NCBI GenBank assembly: GCA_050951545.1
Contig: JBMNJG010000007.1
Location: 614,364 to 678,363, forward strand
DNA from: Limnochordia bacterium
Lineage (GTDB): Bacteria; Bacillota; Limnochordia; DTU080
Length of the DNA stretch: 64,000 nucleotides
Direction of reading: 5' to 3'
A program made the translations under genes and the position numbers. The notes under the pieces are model-generated. The model had not been told where the DNA came from. It worked only from the letters and a program-made list of their open reading frames with translations, and searched no databases. The first letter of the stretch is position 1; each line of letters opens with the position of its first letter. This document shows, piece after piece, positions 49,712 through 59,199 of this stretch.

Positions 49712-49731
49712 GGTTCGCTTCGAGGAGTAGA

Positions 49732-49772
49732 GTGGACCACCACGCGCCTTTTCGCGGTGCGCGGTGGTCCAC
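49732..49772. terminator. Hairpin downstream of the SBP gene
   Basis: GTGGACCACC...GGTGGTCCAC inverted repeat. Confidence 0.6.
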
Positions 49773-49870
49773 GGTTTTCCAGAGATCACTTTCCTAGGGT
49801 AAGCGAGAGGCCAAGTCTCTGGACGATGTCGACACCTTCGGGCCCCTCCTCCTGGCCATGGCTATGAGTA

Positions 49871-50092
49871 CTACAGATGATCAGCGTCTCGATCGGGAAG
49901 GGGCTTTCCCCTGATGCCTGACCAGAAGCCTACTACGATCTGTCGAGCTGCTTCGACTATGAGACAAAGAAACCCAAGAAGAAGCGGGATGCCGTAGCGG
50001 ATGCTGACGTAGAGTAGGCCGAGGGAAAAGCCGATGCCAAGATACAGGAAATACGGTCCACACCAGAGGCACACAAGACCACCGCCTCTCAC
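49871..50092 (-). CDS. Small hydrophobic hypothetical protein
   Basis: Two predicted TM segments; convergent on the hairpin; no family recognised. Confidence 0.3.
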   Translation of the reverse strand: MRGGGLVCLWCGPYFLYLGIGFSLGLLYVSIRYGIPLLLGFLCLIVEAARQIVVGFWSGIRGKPLPDRDADHL

Positions 50093-50205
50093 GCTACCAC
50101 TGCTAAGGCCATCGGATCAGCGAGCTCGTGTGCCATTTTCGCCTTTGAGTCACACTTCCCCTTTCATCTGCGTTTCTCCGATAGCGACGGATAAGGACGA
50201 AGACG

Positions 50206-50615
50206 ATGGCAGGGGTGCCCAGGCTATGGCGAGCAATGGGCGGTGATGTGGGGCAGGACGGTAGCTGCGAAGGTGAGGATTCAGCATCTCAACTGTGTGG
50301 GCATCCAATCCGCTGCCCGATGTCGTGGATATGGCTCCCGAGTTAGGGTATGAGTTCATGAAGAACGGGATGTTCGCTGACCTCAATCCCTACATGGCCA
50401 AGGAACGGGGGCTGAAGTGGGAGCAGCTGTTCCCAGCAGCAGTCAACGGCGTGACTGACGGTAGCGGCGGTGGTAAGCGCTGGAGGCTGCCAGGTTCTAT
50501 CTGGGAGGTCGGTACAGGCTTCAACGTGGATGCATTTGAGGCCGCCCTGATGCAGGTCCCCACGAAGTGCTCGGTGAAGCTCATGCAAGGAGATACAGGG
50601 GTAAGGAGGAGCTGA
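50206..50615 (+). pseudogene. Degraded sugar-binding protein fragment
   Basis: LPDVVDM..GMFADLNPYM..LFPAAV..LP..FNVDAFEAA is an SBP internal segment without intact ends. Confidence 0.6.
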
Positions 50616-50618
50616 GCC

Positions 50619-51827
50619 GTGAAAAGGAGCCTGCAGATACGCGTGGGGCTCAAGGACGCCGATGTCGTGGGCAACACCAACATAGCACTACAAGCTGCAG
50701 TGGATTACGTCGGCGGTCTGGGTGGTGGTACGGTAGCTATCGGTCCGGGTGTGTATCTCATGGAGGATTCCCTGCATCTACGCAACGGCGTGCATGTGCA
50801 GGGAAGCGGCGAGGAGACGGTCCTGAGGAAGGCAGATGGGGCCAGCTCGCCATTGGCCACCGATGGGGACTACGGTGAAGAGCAGATCACGGTCACAGAT
50901 GATATCGGGCTGCGGCCGGGCAGTGGGGTGACGGTCTGTTACGCTGGCGGTCACGGGTTCCATACCACAGTGGCTACGGTGATAGCTCAGGTCGGCTCTC
51001 ATACCTATGCGATCAATAGGCCCCTCGTCAATGATTACCTAGTTGCCAGGCAGGCGCAAGCGCAGACCACTTTTCCCATCATCAGCGGCTACCATCTCAC
51101 GGATGTCACCATCGGGAATCTCACCATTGACGGTAATAAGGAACACAACCCGTTTCTGGGGGGATGCCGGGGTGGGGGCATCTTCCTCTACCGGGTGAAC
51201 AGTGCGCAGATACGAGCTGTGACGGTGGTCGACTACAACGGCGACGGCATCAGTTATCAGCAGAGCTGCGACGTGGTAGTGGAAGAGTGCACCGTCTCCG
51301 GATGTACTGGCCATGGCCTTCACCCGGGCTCCGGAAGTCAGCGGACGGGGATTCGCCGATGCGTAGTTCGTGAGAGTGGCAGGGATGGGCTCTTTGTGTG
51401 TTGGCGCGTACAACACAGCCTGTTTGAGGCGAATGAGCTCATCGGCAATGGTGCAGCGGGCGTTTCTATCGGCCATAAGGATACAGACAACATGTTTCGA
51501 GGGAACGTGATAGCTCAGAATCGGCAACACGGGGTGCTGTTTCGCAACGAGCCCGAGGTCTTAGCGGCGCATCGCAATCGCTTTGAGGCGAACCGGGTTG
51601 TCGACAACGGCTCTGAAAAGGGAGGCTGCGGATTCTTCATTGGCGGCGAGACGTGTGATATCACCATCGTGGGTAATGTGATTGCAGACACTCGTCCACC
51701 TGCGCGGCGCACGCAGCGCTACGGCGTCTTCGTAGACGAAAAGGCTCGTAACGTGTGCGTCGAAGACAACGAAATGAGCGGTCACCTGGTTCAGGATCTT
51801 TTCTATGCAACTAAGAAGGATTCTTGA
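50619..51827 (+). CDS. Right-handed parallel beta-helix protein (pectate lyase-like/NosD)
   Basis: ALQAAVD..GGGTV.IGPGVY N-terminus and repeated GI/N coils. Confidence 0.82.
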   Translation: MKRSLQIRVGLKDADVVGNTNIALQAAVDYVGGLGGGTVAIGPGVYLMEDSLHLRNGVHVQGSGEETVLRKADGASSPLATDGDYGEEQITVTDDIGLRPGSGVTVCYAGGHGFHTTVATVIAQVGSHTYAINRPLVNDYLVARQAQAQTTFPIISGYHLTDVTIGNLTIDGNKEHNPFLGGCRGGGIFLYRVNSAQIRAVTVVDYNGDGISYQQSCDVVVEECTVSGCTGHGLHPGSGSQRTGIRRCVVRESGRDGLFVCWRVQHSLFEANELIGNGAAGVSIGHKDTDNMFRGNVIAQNRQHGVLFRNEPEVLAAHRNRFEANRVVDNGSEKGGCGFFIGGETCDITIVGNVIADTRPPARRTQRYGVFVDEKARNVCVEDNEMSGHLVQDLFYATKKDS

Positions 51828-51843
51828 GAGGAGCGTTGTGATC

Positions 51844-52587
51844 ATGGGGCTACCTGTTCGCTTTGTAGCTGTTACCTATAACCTGTGGGCGACGAATCGC
51901 TGGCCAGAAAGAGAGCCTGCCTTGCGTTCGTTTCTGCGCTCCCATGCACCGGATATCCTGTGTGTGCAGGAGCTGCGTGATGTGACACGCGCTGTGCTCG
52001 ATGAAGAGCTACCCACACATGCTCGGATCGATGATTCCTTTGAGGGATGGACAAAGGAAGGCAACATCTACTGGTTGAGCACCATGTTTGAGATGCTCGA
52101 GTATGGGGCGGAGAATATCGGTCAACTGAGCCCGTTGCGGCGGCTCTTTTGGGCCCGTCTGCAGCTGAAAGGCACCGAACGCACGCTTTTCGTCTCCACA
52201 GTGCATTTTACCTGGCAGGGAAATCCACGGGAAAAGGAAGAGGGTTTCAGTCCCAGGCTGGATGAAGCGCGACGCAGTCTACAGGCGATTCAGCGCCTAG
52301 CTTCGTCTGAAGAGCCCGTGCTTTTCATGGGCGATCTAAACGATCAGGTCAACGCGATCCGTATCTTGCGAGCCCAAGGCCTCGCCGATTGCTTTACAGG
52401 CCGGGGTGCCTTTCCGGTGCCCACCATTCCGGCTCGTCCCACTGCTGGCGGGACACCACAGACCATCGACTGGCAGTTCTACAGAGGCCCCATCCGACCC
52501 ATGACGAGCGAGGTGCTCGACTACTACGAAGGCGATTTCGCTCCGTCGGACCACAAACCACTGATCGCTACCCATGCGCTGGTCTGA
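51844..52587 (+). CDS. Endonuclease/exonuclease/phosphatase family protein
   Basis: TYNL, CVQE, GDLN, IDW and PSDH motifs. Confidence 0.85.
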   Translation: MGLPVRFVAVTYNLWATNRWPEREPALRSFLRSHAPDILCVQELRDVTRAVLDEELPTHARIDDSFEGWTKEGNIYWLSTMFEMLEYGAENIGQLSPLRRLFWARLQLKGTERTLFVSTVHFTWQGNPREKEEGFSPRLDEARRSLQAIQRLASSEEPVLFMGDLNDQVNAIRILRAQGLADCFTGRGAFPVPTIPARPTAGGTPQTIDWQFYRGPIRPMTSEVLDYYEGDFAPSDHKPLIATHALV

Positions 52588-53866
52588 GAGACAGGAGGCA
52601 GCATTAGTGCAAGCGACCCACGAGCGCTCGGCTCTTGCCCGGACAGCCCTTGTCTCAGTAGGCGTGGCGCTGGCGATCTTGGGCGACTCGACACTGTATG
52701 CGGTGTTGCCTACGCAAGTCGAGACACTGGGGCTGAGCGCAGCTGCAGTGGGTCTCGCACTCTCAATCAACCGGCTGACACGGCTGGTCAGCAATCCATT
52801 GGCTGCGCACCTGATGACACGCTACAGCCGCAGCCGCCTCTTCTTGGGGGCGATGGTCCTGGCGGCCATTACGTCGCTGGCCTGGGCATTCCCTTTACCC
52901 GTGGTGATCCTCCTGCTGGCTCGTGCCCTCTGGGGCTTCTGTTGGAGCGTCCTCAGGCTAACCGGTTATCTCTCGGCCTTGTCTGCCTCCCCTGATAGGC
53001 GGGGCACAGCATTTGGCCTCTTCCGCAGCATATTCCGTATCGGCAGCCTGGTCGCTGCCGTGGCCGCTGGCCTTTTGGTCGATAGGCTCGGATTTCGCAT
53101 GTTGATGGCGCTCATTGCGGGTGTGAGCGCGCTCGGCATCCCCATCTATCTGTGCTGGAACCCACTGGGCGATACGCCAGAAGCGTCGGCTTCGCCAGGC
53201 TCAAGCCCAGATCCCCAGCCAGAGCCACCCACTTGGGCGGAGTGGCTGAGTAGCTTTGCTGGAAGCCGGGACACGCTGCTGATCAACCTAGGGGGCTTGT
53301 TGCAGCGTCTCTTGTCGTCGCTACTGGCGACCACCATGGGCTATCATCTGCAACACGCCTTCTCTGGGGAGCTGGTGCTGATTGGCGCGGCTACGCTCAG
53401 TGGGTTGCTTAACGCCTGGCTCTGGGCGGGGAACATCGCCTTATCTCCGCTCTATGGCATCATGATGGATCGCCTAGGCCGTCGCCTGTCTCTTTTCATG
53501 GTGGCTGGTTTGCAGGTGATAGGATTGATCACTGTAGGCATCTCGCCTCGGCTGACTCCGACGGTCATAGCGATCATGCTGGGATTGGCTGCCAGCATTG
53601 GCATGGAGGTGCTGCTAGATACGCTAGCGGGTGATGGGGCTTCGGGCTCAGCGCATAGCGGTCGAGCATTGGCCAGCTACTCTAACTGGACGGATGTTGG
53701 CGCAGCTCTCGGACCGATTATCGGGTACTCGATAGGCGTTCTTCTGGGCCTTCCGGCGCTGTACGTGGGGGGAGCTTGTCTGACTGTCGTCTGGGTGGCA
53801 GTGGCCTACCGCCAGGTGTGGACAGGCGCAGCTGAGGAGGGGCGAAACCGCTCCATGCATCCATAG
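52574..53866 (+). CDS. MFS transporter
   Basis: About 12 TM segments; GDSTLYAVLP and DRLGRR motifs. Confidence 0.85.
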   Translation: MRWSERQEAALVQATHERSALARTALVSVGVALAILGDSTLYAVLPTQVETLGLSAAAVGLALSINRLTRLVSNPLAAHLMTRYSRSRLFLGAMVLAAITSLAWAFPLPVVILLLARALWGFCWSVLRLTGYLSALSASPDRRGTAFGLFRSIFRIGSLVAAVAAGLLVDRLGFRMLMALIAGVSALGIPIYLCWNPLGDTPEASASPGSSPDPQPEPPTWAEWLSSFAGSRDTLLINLGGLLQRLLSSLLATTMGYHLQHAFSGELVLIGAATLSGLLNAWLWAGNIALSPLYGIMMDRLGRRLSLFMVAGLQVIGLITVGISPRLTPTVIAIMLGLAASIGMEVLLDTLAGDGASGSAHSGRALASYSNWTDVGAALGPIIGYSIGVLLGLPALYVGGACLTVVWVAVAYRQVWTGAAEEGRNRSMHP

Positions 53867-53883
53867 CGCCTCTCGATGCCAGT

Positions 53884-55909
53884 CTAGATCACGGGTACGT
53901 AAAGCTCGTAGCTCTTGCCATAGGCGCATTGTTTATAGACGAACTGTCTCGTTTGGTCATGTGCACGCCCGGTCTCCTTCTCCACATTCTCGATTCTGCC
54001 GAGCTCCCAGCCGAGAACTCCATTGGGGATGCCCTCCGTGACCTTCACGTATAGGCCACTGTCAAGCGTGAACTCCGATAGCCCATCTGGGGCAGAGGCG
54101 TTTGGCTTGGCGAGCACGCCCTGAACAAGCGGCTTATCGAAATAGGCCCATAGATTATCTGCGACTGGCGATTGGATCAACACCTGCGTGAAGCCGATTA
54201 CGTAGGTGCCCTCCTCGGCGTTCTCCGGCATGTCGTAGAACCGCTCTTGGTCAGCCTGTGTCACAACGCTCTCAGGGGGTGCCTCCAGCTTACCGATCAC
54301 GCGCTGTGGTGGCAGTTCGACAAGCTCAAAGCGACGCTTTCCGACCAGCCTCATCGGGACACCGATCTCGCTGTAGCCGCCCCGTGCGTTGTACACGTAC
54401 TCGTTGAAGCCTCTGGGATGGTGCATGTCCCACACGGGCAACGCACTGTCTGCTCTTGCGTCAAAGGCTTCTCCCCAGCCTTGGTAGCCGCCATTGAAAT
54501 GCTTCCAGCCCAGACGTCTCCAGTAGCCGCCCTGCATGTGGTACAGCTCTACACCCTCGGGAATGGCGCTTAGGTCGTCGACAGCAACACCTTCAAAGCA
54601 GAACAGAGGCTTGCCAAACAGGGCATGAATGGACACCCTGGTCAGGCACTGCGCATGGGGAAACAGTTCGCCTATCCTCTTCGGCTCGTCAAACGGGCGA
54701 TCTGTGTAGAGTGGGTAATCTGTTTCGGCGTAGTTCCCATACCCCGCTAGCAGTTCGTTTGGCGTATGAGTCACCTGCCATGTTATTCCGCTATCGGCGG
54801 GCATGTCCGAGTCTACGGGGATGTGGACGTCCGAGAAGCAGCCGTCTTGATCATAGTACTCAAAGGGGATTCTACTGCTGTCATAGCCTTGGTGCTCGAC
54901 TTCGTAGAACCGCTCGGTGAAGTGCCTCCAGACGCTCCTGTAGCAGCCTGCGCTGCTGTTGTAGACCGCCCACTGCCCACCACGAACCTTGCGGCACACC
55001 GCCCCTTCAGGGAGTATGTCGGGCCTCGTGCCCACCATTATGCCGAAAAGGAAACTGTAGGAAACGCCACTCACGAAATCATCGACTGCGCCGACGTATC
55101 GCCGGACATGTGTAAGGTGCGCTGTTTCCAGGAGCGTGTCGATCTTGCGCCTGCCAGTCTCATCTTTGCGGAGCAGTGAAGCAGCAAACTCCTCGTCAGA
55201 TGGGCTAATCGGGCTGTGCTTCTGGCTATAGCCGAGCACGAAAAACTCGTCAGTCTCGGCTAGTTTGTATGTCACCTCATTTGGCACGACCGTGAGGTTC
55301 CTGTGCATGTAGGGGTAGGTGTGTTCGAGCATCATGTTGACGATCGCGACGCAGGCCAGAGGCGTTGTCACTGTTGACGTCAATCCTCAGGGTGTGTCGG
55401 TACGGGCCGCATAGCTTCTTTGCCTGGTCCTCGTATCTGATCGTGCGCTGATCTGCCATCAACAGCGTCGTGCACTTGTCGTCGATACAGTAGCAGCACG
55501 GTGTTGCTGCATCAAAGAGCAGCTTGCGGGTTATGTCATCGTCTGTACCGCGGTAGAGTTTCAGGAACGCTCGGATATCGTATGCGCCTGTGAGAGATAC
55601 CCGGCCGTCATCCAGCTTGATTCTCAGATTGCGCACTGAGTAGACTATGGTTCTGCCATTCTCAGTCTCATCGACACGGAAACTGCATCCGTTGGCGAGG
55701 GCAGCCCTATGGAGGGGCGCCACGAGCGGGAGCGTCAGTGGCCAGCCTTCGTTCTCCTCGCAGCTAGACTGTGGCTTGACACGACCGTTCTGTGTGGTCT
55801 CATCCACTTTTACCACGCTCCCTGAATGCTGGTCGGTGCGTTTCCACTGATACGGTACCTGATGGGCCGTACGAGAATCCTCGCCAAAGGAAATTATCGT
55901 CGCTCGCAT
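53884..55909 (-). pseudogene. Multi-GyrI-like (effector-binding) domain protein, frameshifted
   Basis: ORF 55277-56050 (..LRIDVNSDNA) continues into ORF 53884-55383 (LACVAIV..); repeats of PEG...GGxW/Y...E.Y...VP; start uncertain. Confidence 0.55.
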
Positions 55910-56163
55910 TAGCCAAATGCCGATCGAGTCCTTCTCGGAACCGCTCTGTGCTTGGTGATAGAAGGTCCTCGCTGACGGTGATGGGTCGGCTCTATCGCTG
56001 ACCTGTGCAATCCGATTGTGTGGGTGATAGAATGACAATGCCTGAATCAACGGGCTGGGGCCTCTACTAGATCACTGGACGGTAGCTGAGGAGGACGGCC
56101 ACGCCGTCGGGTTAACCCGCACGAGCACCATGTGCAATTCGTGATGACAGGAGACGCGGCAAA

Positions 56164-57249
56164 ATGACTGAGATGCCCAAACTCCACCCGGGGTTGAGGC
56201 CCAAGCTGCCTAGGCCCGCACATGGAGTCGTGAGTTTCCAGGTTCATATCAACGCGGACCTTCACTTTCAGAGACCACAAGCAGTCTTAGCTGCTCAGGA
56301 CAGCGTTCGCGACATGGTTGACGACGGTGTGTTGCTATTACCAGATAGCTATGATCCGGCAGGTAGACCGCTAAGGCTGGTGATCAACTGTCACGGCGCA
56401 GGGACCACGATAACGCCGTCCACTACCTCTCTGACTAACCCTGTGAGCTACCTGGTCAACGGATTGGGTTTGGCCGTGATGGACATGAACGGTGTGCCAA
56501 AGGAGTTGAGTGGCGGCACTGGACTGCACTTTGGTTCGCCCCTGGCTCTGCAAAGCTACATCAAGGGCTACAGATACGTGCTGAACAACTACAACCTAGA
56601 TCCAACGGGCTGCTTTGTGGTGGGCAGCTCAATGGGCGGGTTGACGAGTTTCATGCTCGCCCAAAGTGGTGTCTTCCCTGTGTTGGCGCAAGGCGGCTTT
56701 TGCCCAGTGGTTGACCACTTCAAGCAGGCATGGTGCAATCCTTGGACCAGGGGACAACGCTTGCAGATTGCCAAACTGTTTGGATTCGAGGGTTGGCATA
56801 GGTTCCCTGGCTTCACACCATCCGGCTATCCTTCGCAGGTGGAGATCGACTACTACCTCGATAACCTCGCCAATGTGGTAGGGTGTAACCCCATCATGAA
56901 GTACACGGTCAACTGGAGCGAGGCGAGTCCCTATAGCTTTACCATAGCCAATGCCAGCGAGATTGCTCTGGAAAGGCCTGCGTATGAGAGGCTCATCCAA
57001 TTGCACAGCGTACCGCTGAGGATCTGGCATAACGATGATGATCTGAGTGTTGCTCCCCGGTACTCAGAGTACATAGTGGGCGCTATTCGGCGCGGTGGCG
57101 GATTGGCGTACCTGAGGCGCTTCGCCTCTGGGGGGCATAATGCTTGGGACAACGGTGAACTCATCACCACTAGGGATTACAGGGGCCAGCCATGTACCGT
57201 CAGAGCCAGCGGGTATGAGCTAGGGCTATGGTTCCAGCGTTTCTGCTAA
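56164..57249 (+). CDS. Alpha/beta hydrolase
   Basis: CHGAG, GSSMGG nucleophile, WHNDDD and GGH motifs. Confidence 0.8.
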   Translation: MTEMPKLHPGLRPKLPRPAHGVVSFQVHINADLHFQRPQAVLAAQDSVRDMVDDGVLLLPDSYDPAGRPLRLVINCHGAGTTITPSTTSLTNPVSYLVNGLGLAVMDMNGVPKELSGGTGLHFGSPLALQSYIKGYRYVLNNYNLDPTGCFVVGSSMGGLTSFMLAQSGVFPVLAQGGFCPVVDHFKQAWCNPWTRGQRLQIAKLFGFEGWHRFPGFTPSGYPSQVEIDYYLDNLANVVGCNPIMKYTVNWSEASPYSFTIANASEIALERPAYERLIQLHSVPLRIWHNDDDLSVAPRYSEYIVGAIRRGGGLAYLRRFASGGHNAWDNGELITTRDYRGQPCTVRASGYELGLWFQRFC

Positions 57250-57267
57250 CGTCGGTCAGCTCGACCA

Positions 57268-57500
57268 TGATAACTCTAAGTCGAGACCTATATAGGGACA
57301 AGGTGTATGCATGCTGGCCGGGAAGGAATATTGGGGGCTCTCTAGGTACCCCCTATGAGGGGCGCAAGTATGTGAACGATCTTGTGTTCTATGATCCCGT
57401 GGCCACTGAGCCTCTGCCTAACGATGACTTGGACTTCCAGCTCGTATGGCTGAAGATGCTTGAAGAACAAGGCGCACCACCACGCCTCTTGCGATTTCAC
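57268..57500 (+). pseudogene. ADP-ribosylglycohydrolase-family N-terminal fragment
   Basis: YRDKVYACW.G.NIGGSLG.PYEG and PNDDLD motifs, after which similarity ends. Confidence 0.7.
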
Positions 57501-57678
57501 GACTTACTGGTAAAGGTACCTGTCGGGCCCATCCCGGTGTTGGGGTCTGATCAAGCGACTGGCTATGCCAGTGGGGTGAACGTAGAGAACTGTTCGGTCT
57601 GTCGGGGTCGCAAGGGATCGTGCTTGTGTGAAGGCTAGGTCTGCGACCGCAGAGCGCCACAGGAAGGGTTCGGTGTAT

Positions 57679-59109
57679 ATGGTAAGAAAGGGCTTCCCCC
57701 GTTGGCCATATCTGTTTGTGCTGGTGCTTGTTTGTCTGCTGCTTCTCGCGGGTTGCTCATCAGAGCAGAAGCTAGCCTCGCTAATGGGCACAGTGGTCGA
57801 TACCAATGGTCGCCCAGTTCCTGGCGTTGGGGTGCTGATAGGGTCGGGTGCGACCACGACCGACAGTCAGGGCAGATTCCAGCTCCAAGGCATCCTAGCT
57901 ACGGATAGTACAGCCTACATTCTGGCTGTGGGACGTACACCGACGGAGATTCCCCTCACTCTCAGTGAGGGTGCGCAGACCATCACTTTCACTTACAGAC
58001 CGATCGAGTGGGTCGAAAAAACCCCACATATCGATTACCTCTTGGCCCTGGACGAGGCAACTGACCTGGGAACCGACAGCAGCTTTACGTACGCGTATGC
58101 ACGGAGTATGAGGGCGGAGATCAGACAGGCGACAGGTTTGGGTAACCTTGAAGATGCTCTTCCATACCTCAGTGCTGAGGCGCTGGTGTGTTTGGGGCGG
58201 GCCCTTGGCGTCCGAAATGTGGTCTGGGTCTCCAGGCATCTGGATGGACAGTTGCAGGTGTTTAACGTACAGACTCGAACGACCATCATCCTGCCCTTTC
58301 TGCGCGGGGATGGGGTATGGAGGCTGAAGGGTCCATTGGAGGCTTGTGCCGCCAGGGGTTCTGCTGCAGCCACAGACGATCCTGTGAAAGGCACAGAGGC
58401 CCGACTGGCTCGGCAGGTCGTGCCCTTTATGGAGGGCCGCTACCGTGTCGTGTACTCCGGGCGGGACGTCGAGCGGCTAAGGCGGGTCGCGGCGTCGCTC
58501 GTACCAGTTACTGAACGACCCAATGTGGAGTTCACCTTCGGCATACTGGAGACCAGAGAGTACAACGCCTATGCTCTGCCGGGAGGATACGTTTACATAA
58601 CCAGGCCACTCCTAGAGATGCTCGATACGGACGCGGAGTTGGCAGCTGTTCTAGCTCACGAGCTGGTGCATATCTGCCATTTGCATGCCGTGCGCAATTA
58701 CGAACGGCAGGTCGGTTTGGCCGTGACCGCGATCGTGGTTGGGGCGGTGACGGGACAGATGAAATCGGCTGTCGATCTGTTGGATCTTCTGGGGCAGATC
58801 CTGGATCAGGGTTACAGTTATTCCCAGGAGTATGAGGCAGACTCGACGGGCCTGGCCTACCTCATGAAGGCGGGCTATCCGCCGGAGGCCATGTTGTCAC
58901 TGCTGAACAAGCTCTACCACTTGGAAAGAGCCTTGACCGGAGGCGCCCGCGGCTATAGTCGTACTCATCCGCCGACGGAGTCACGAATTAGAAGCGCTAG
59001 GCAGACGCGCCAGGCGTTGGCCTGCTATGAGCTAGTGAACACACATCTGCGCTGGCGCGTTCGGCGCTCGTCTTTGGGCGCAGTGGTGCCGGAGGCGCTG
59101 GCTTCATAG
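57679..59109 (+). CDS. M48-family metalloprotease lipoprotein with carboxypeptidase-regulatory-like domain
   Basis: Lipobox LAGC, GTVVDTNGRPVPGV, NAYALPGG, HELVH, EYEAD and THP motifs. Confidence 0.85.
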   Translation: MVRKGFPRWPYLFVLVLVCLLLLAGCSSEQKLASLMGTVVDTNGRPVPGVGVLIGSGATTTDSQGRFQLQGILATDSTAYILAVGRTPTEIPLTLSEGAQTITFTYRPIEWVEKTPHIDYLLALDEATDLGTDSSFTYAYARSMRAEIRQATGLGNLEDALPYLSAEALVCLGRALGVRNVVWVSRHLDGQLQVFNVQTRTTIILPFLRGDGVWRLKGPLEACAARGSAAATDDPVKGTEARLARQVVPFMEGRYRVVYSGRDVERLRRVAASLVPVTERPNVEFTFGILETREYNAYALPGGYVYITRPLLEMLDTDAELAAVLAHELVHICHLHAVRNYERQVGLAVTAIVVGAVTGQMKSAVDLLDLLGQILDQGYSYSQEYEADSTGLAYLMKAGYPPEAMLSLLNKLYHLERALTGGARGYSRTHPPTESRIRSARQTRQALACYELVNTHLRWRVRRSSLGAVVPEALAS

Positions 59110-59199
59110 GGGAGCTGACCAGACATACGGCCCCGAGCGAGACCGCCGCTAGGCTAGATGCTGCTCACATCGTGCCTGACCTGTCATATTCGTCTGGGT

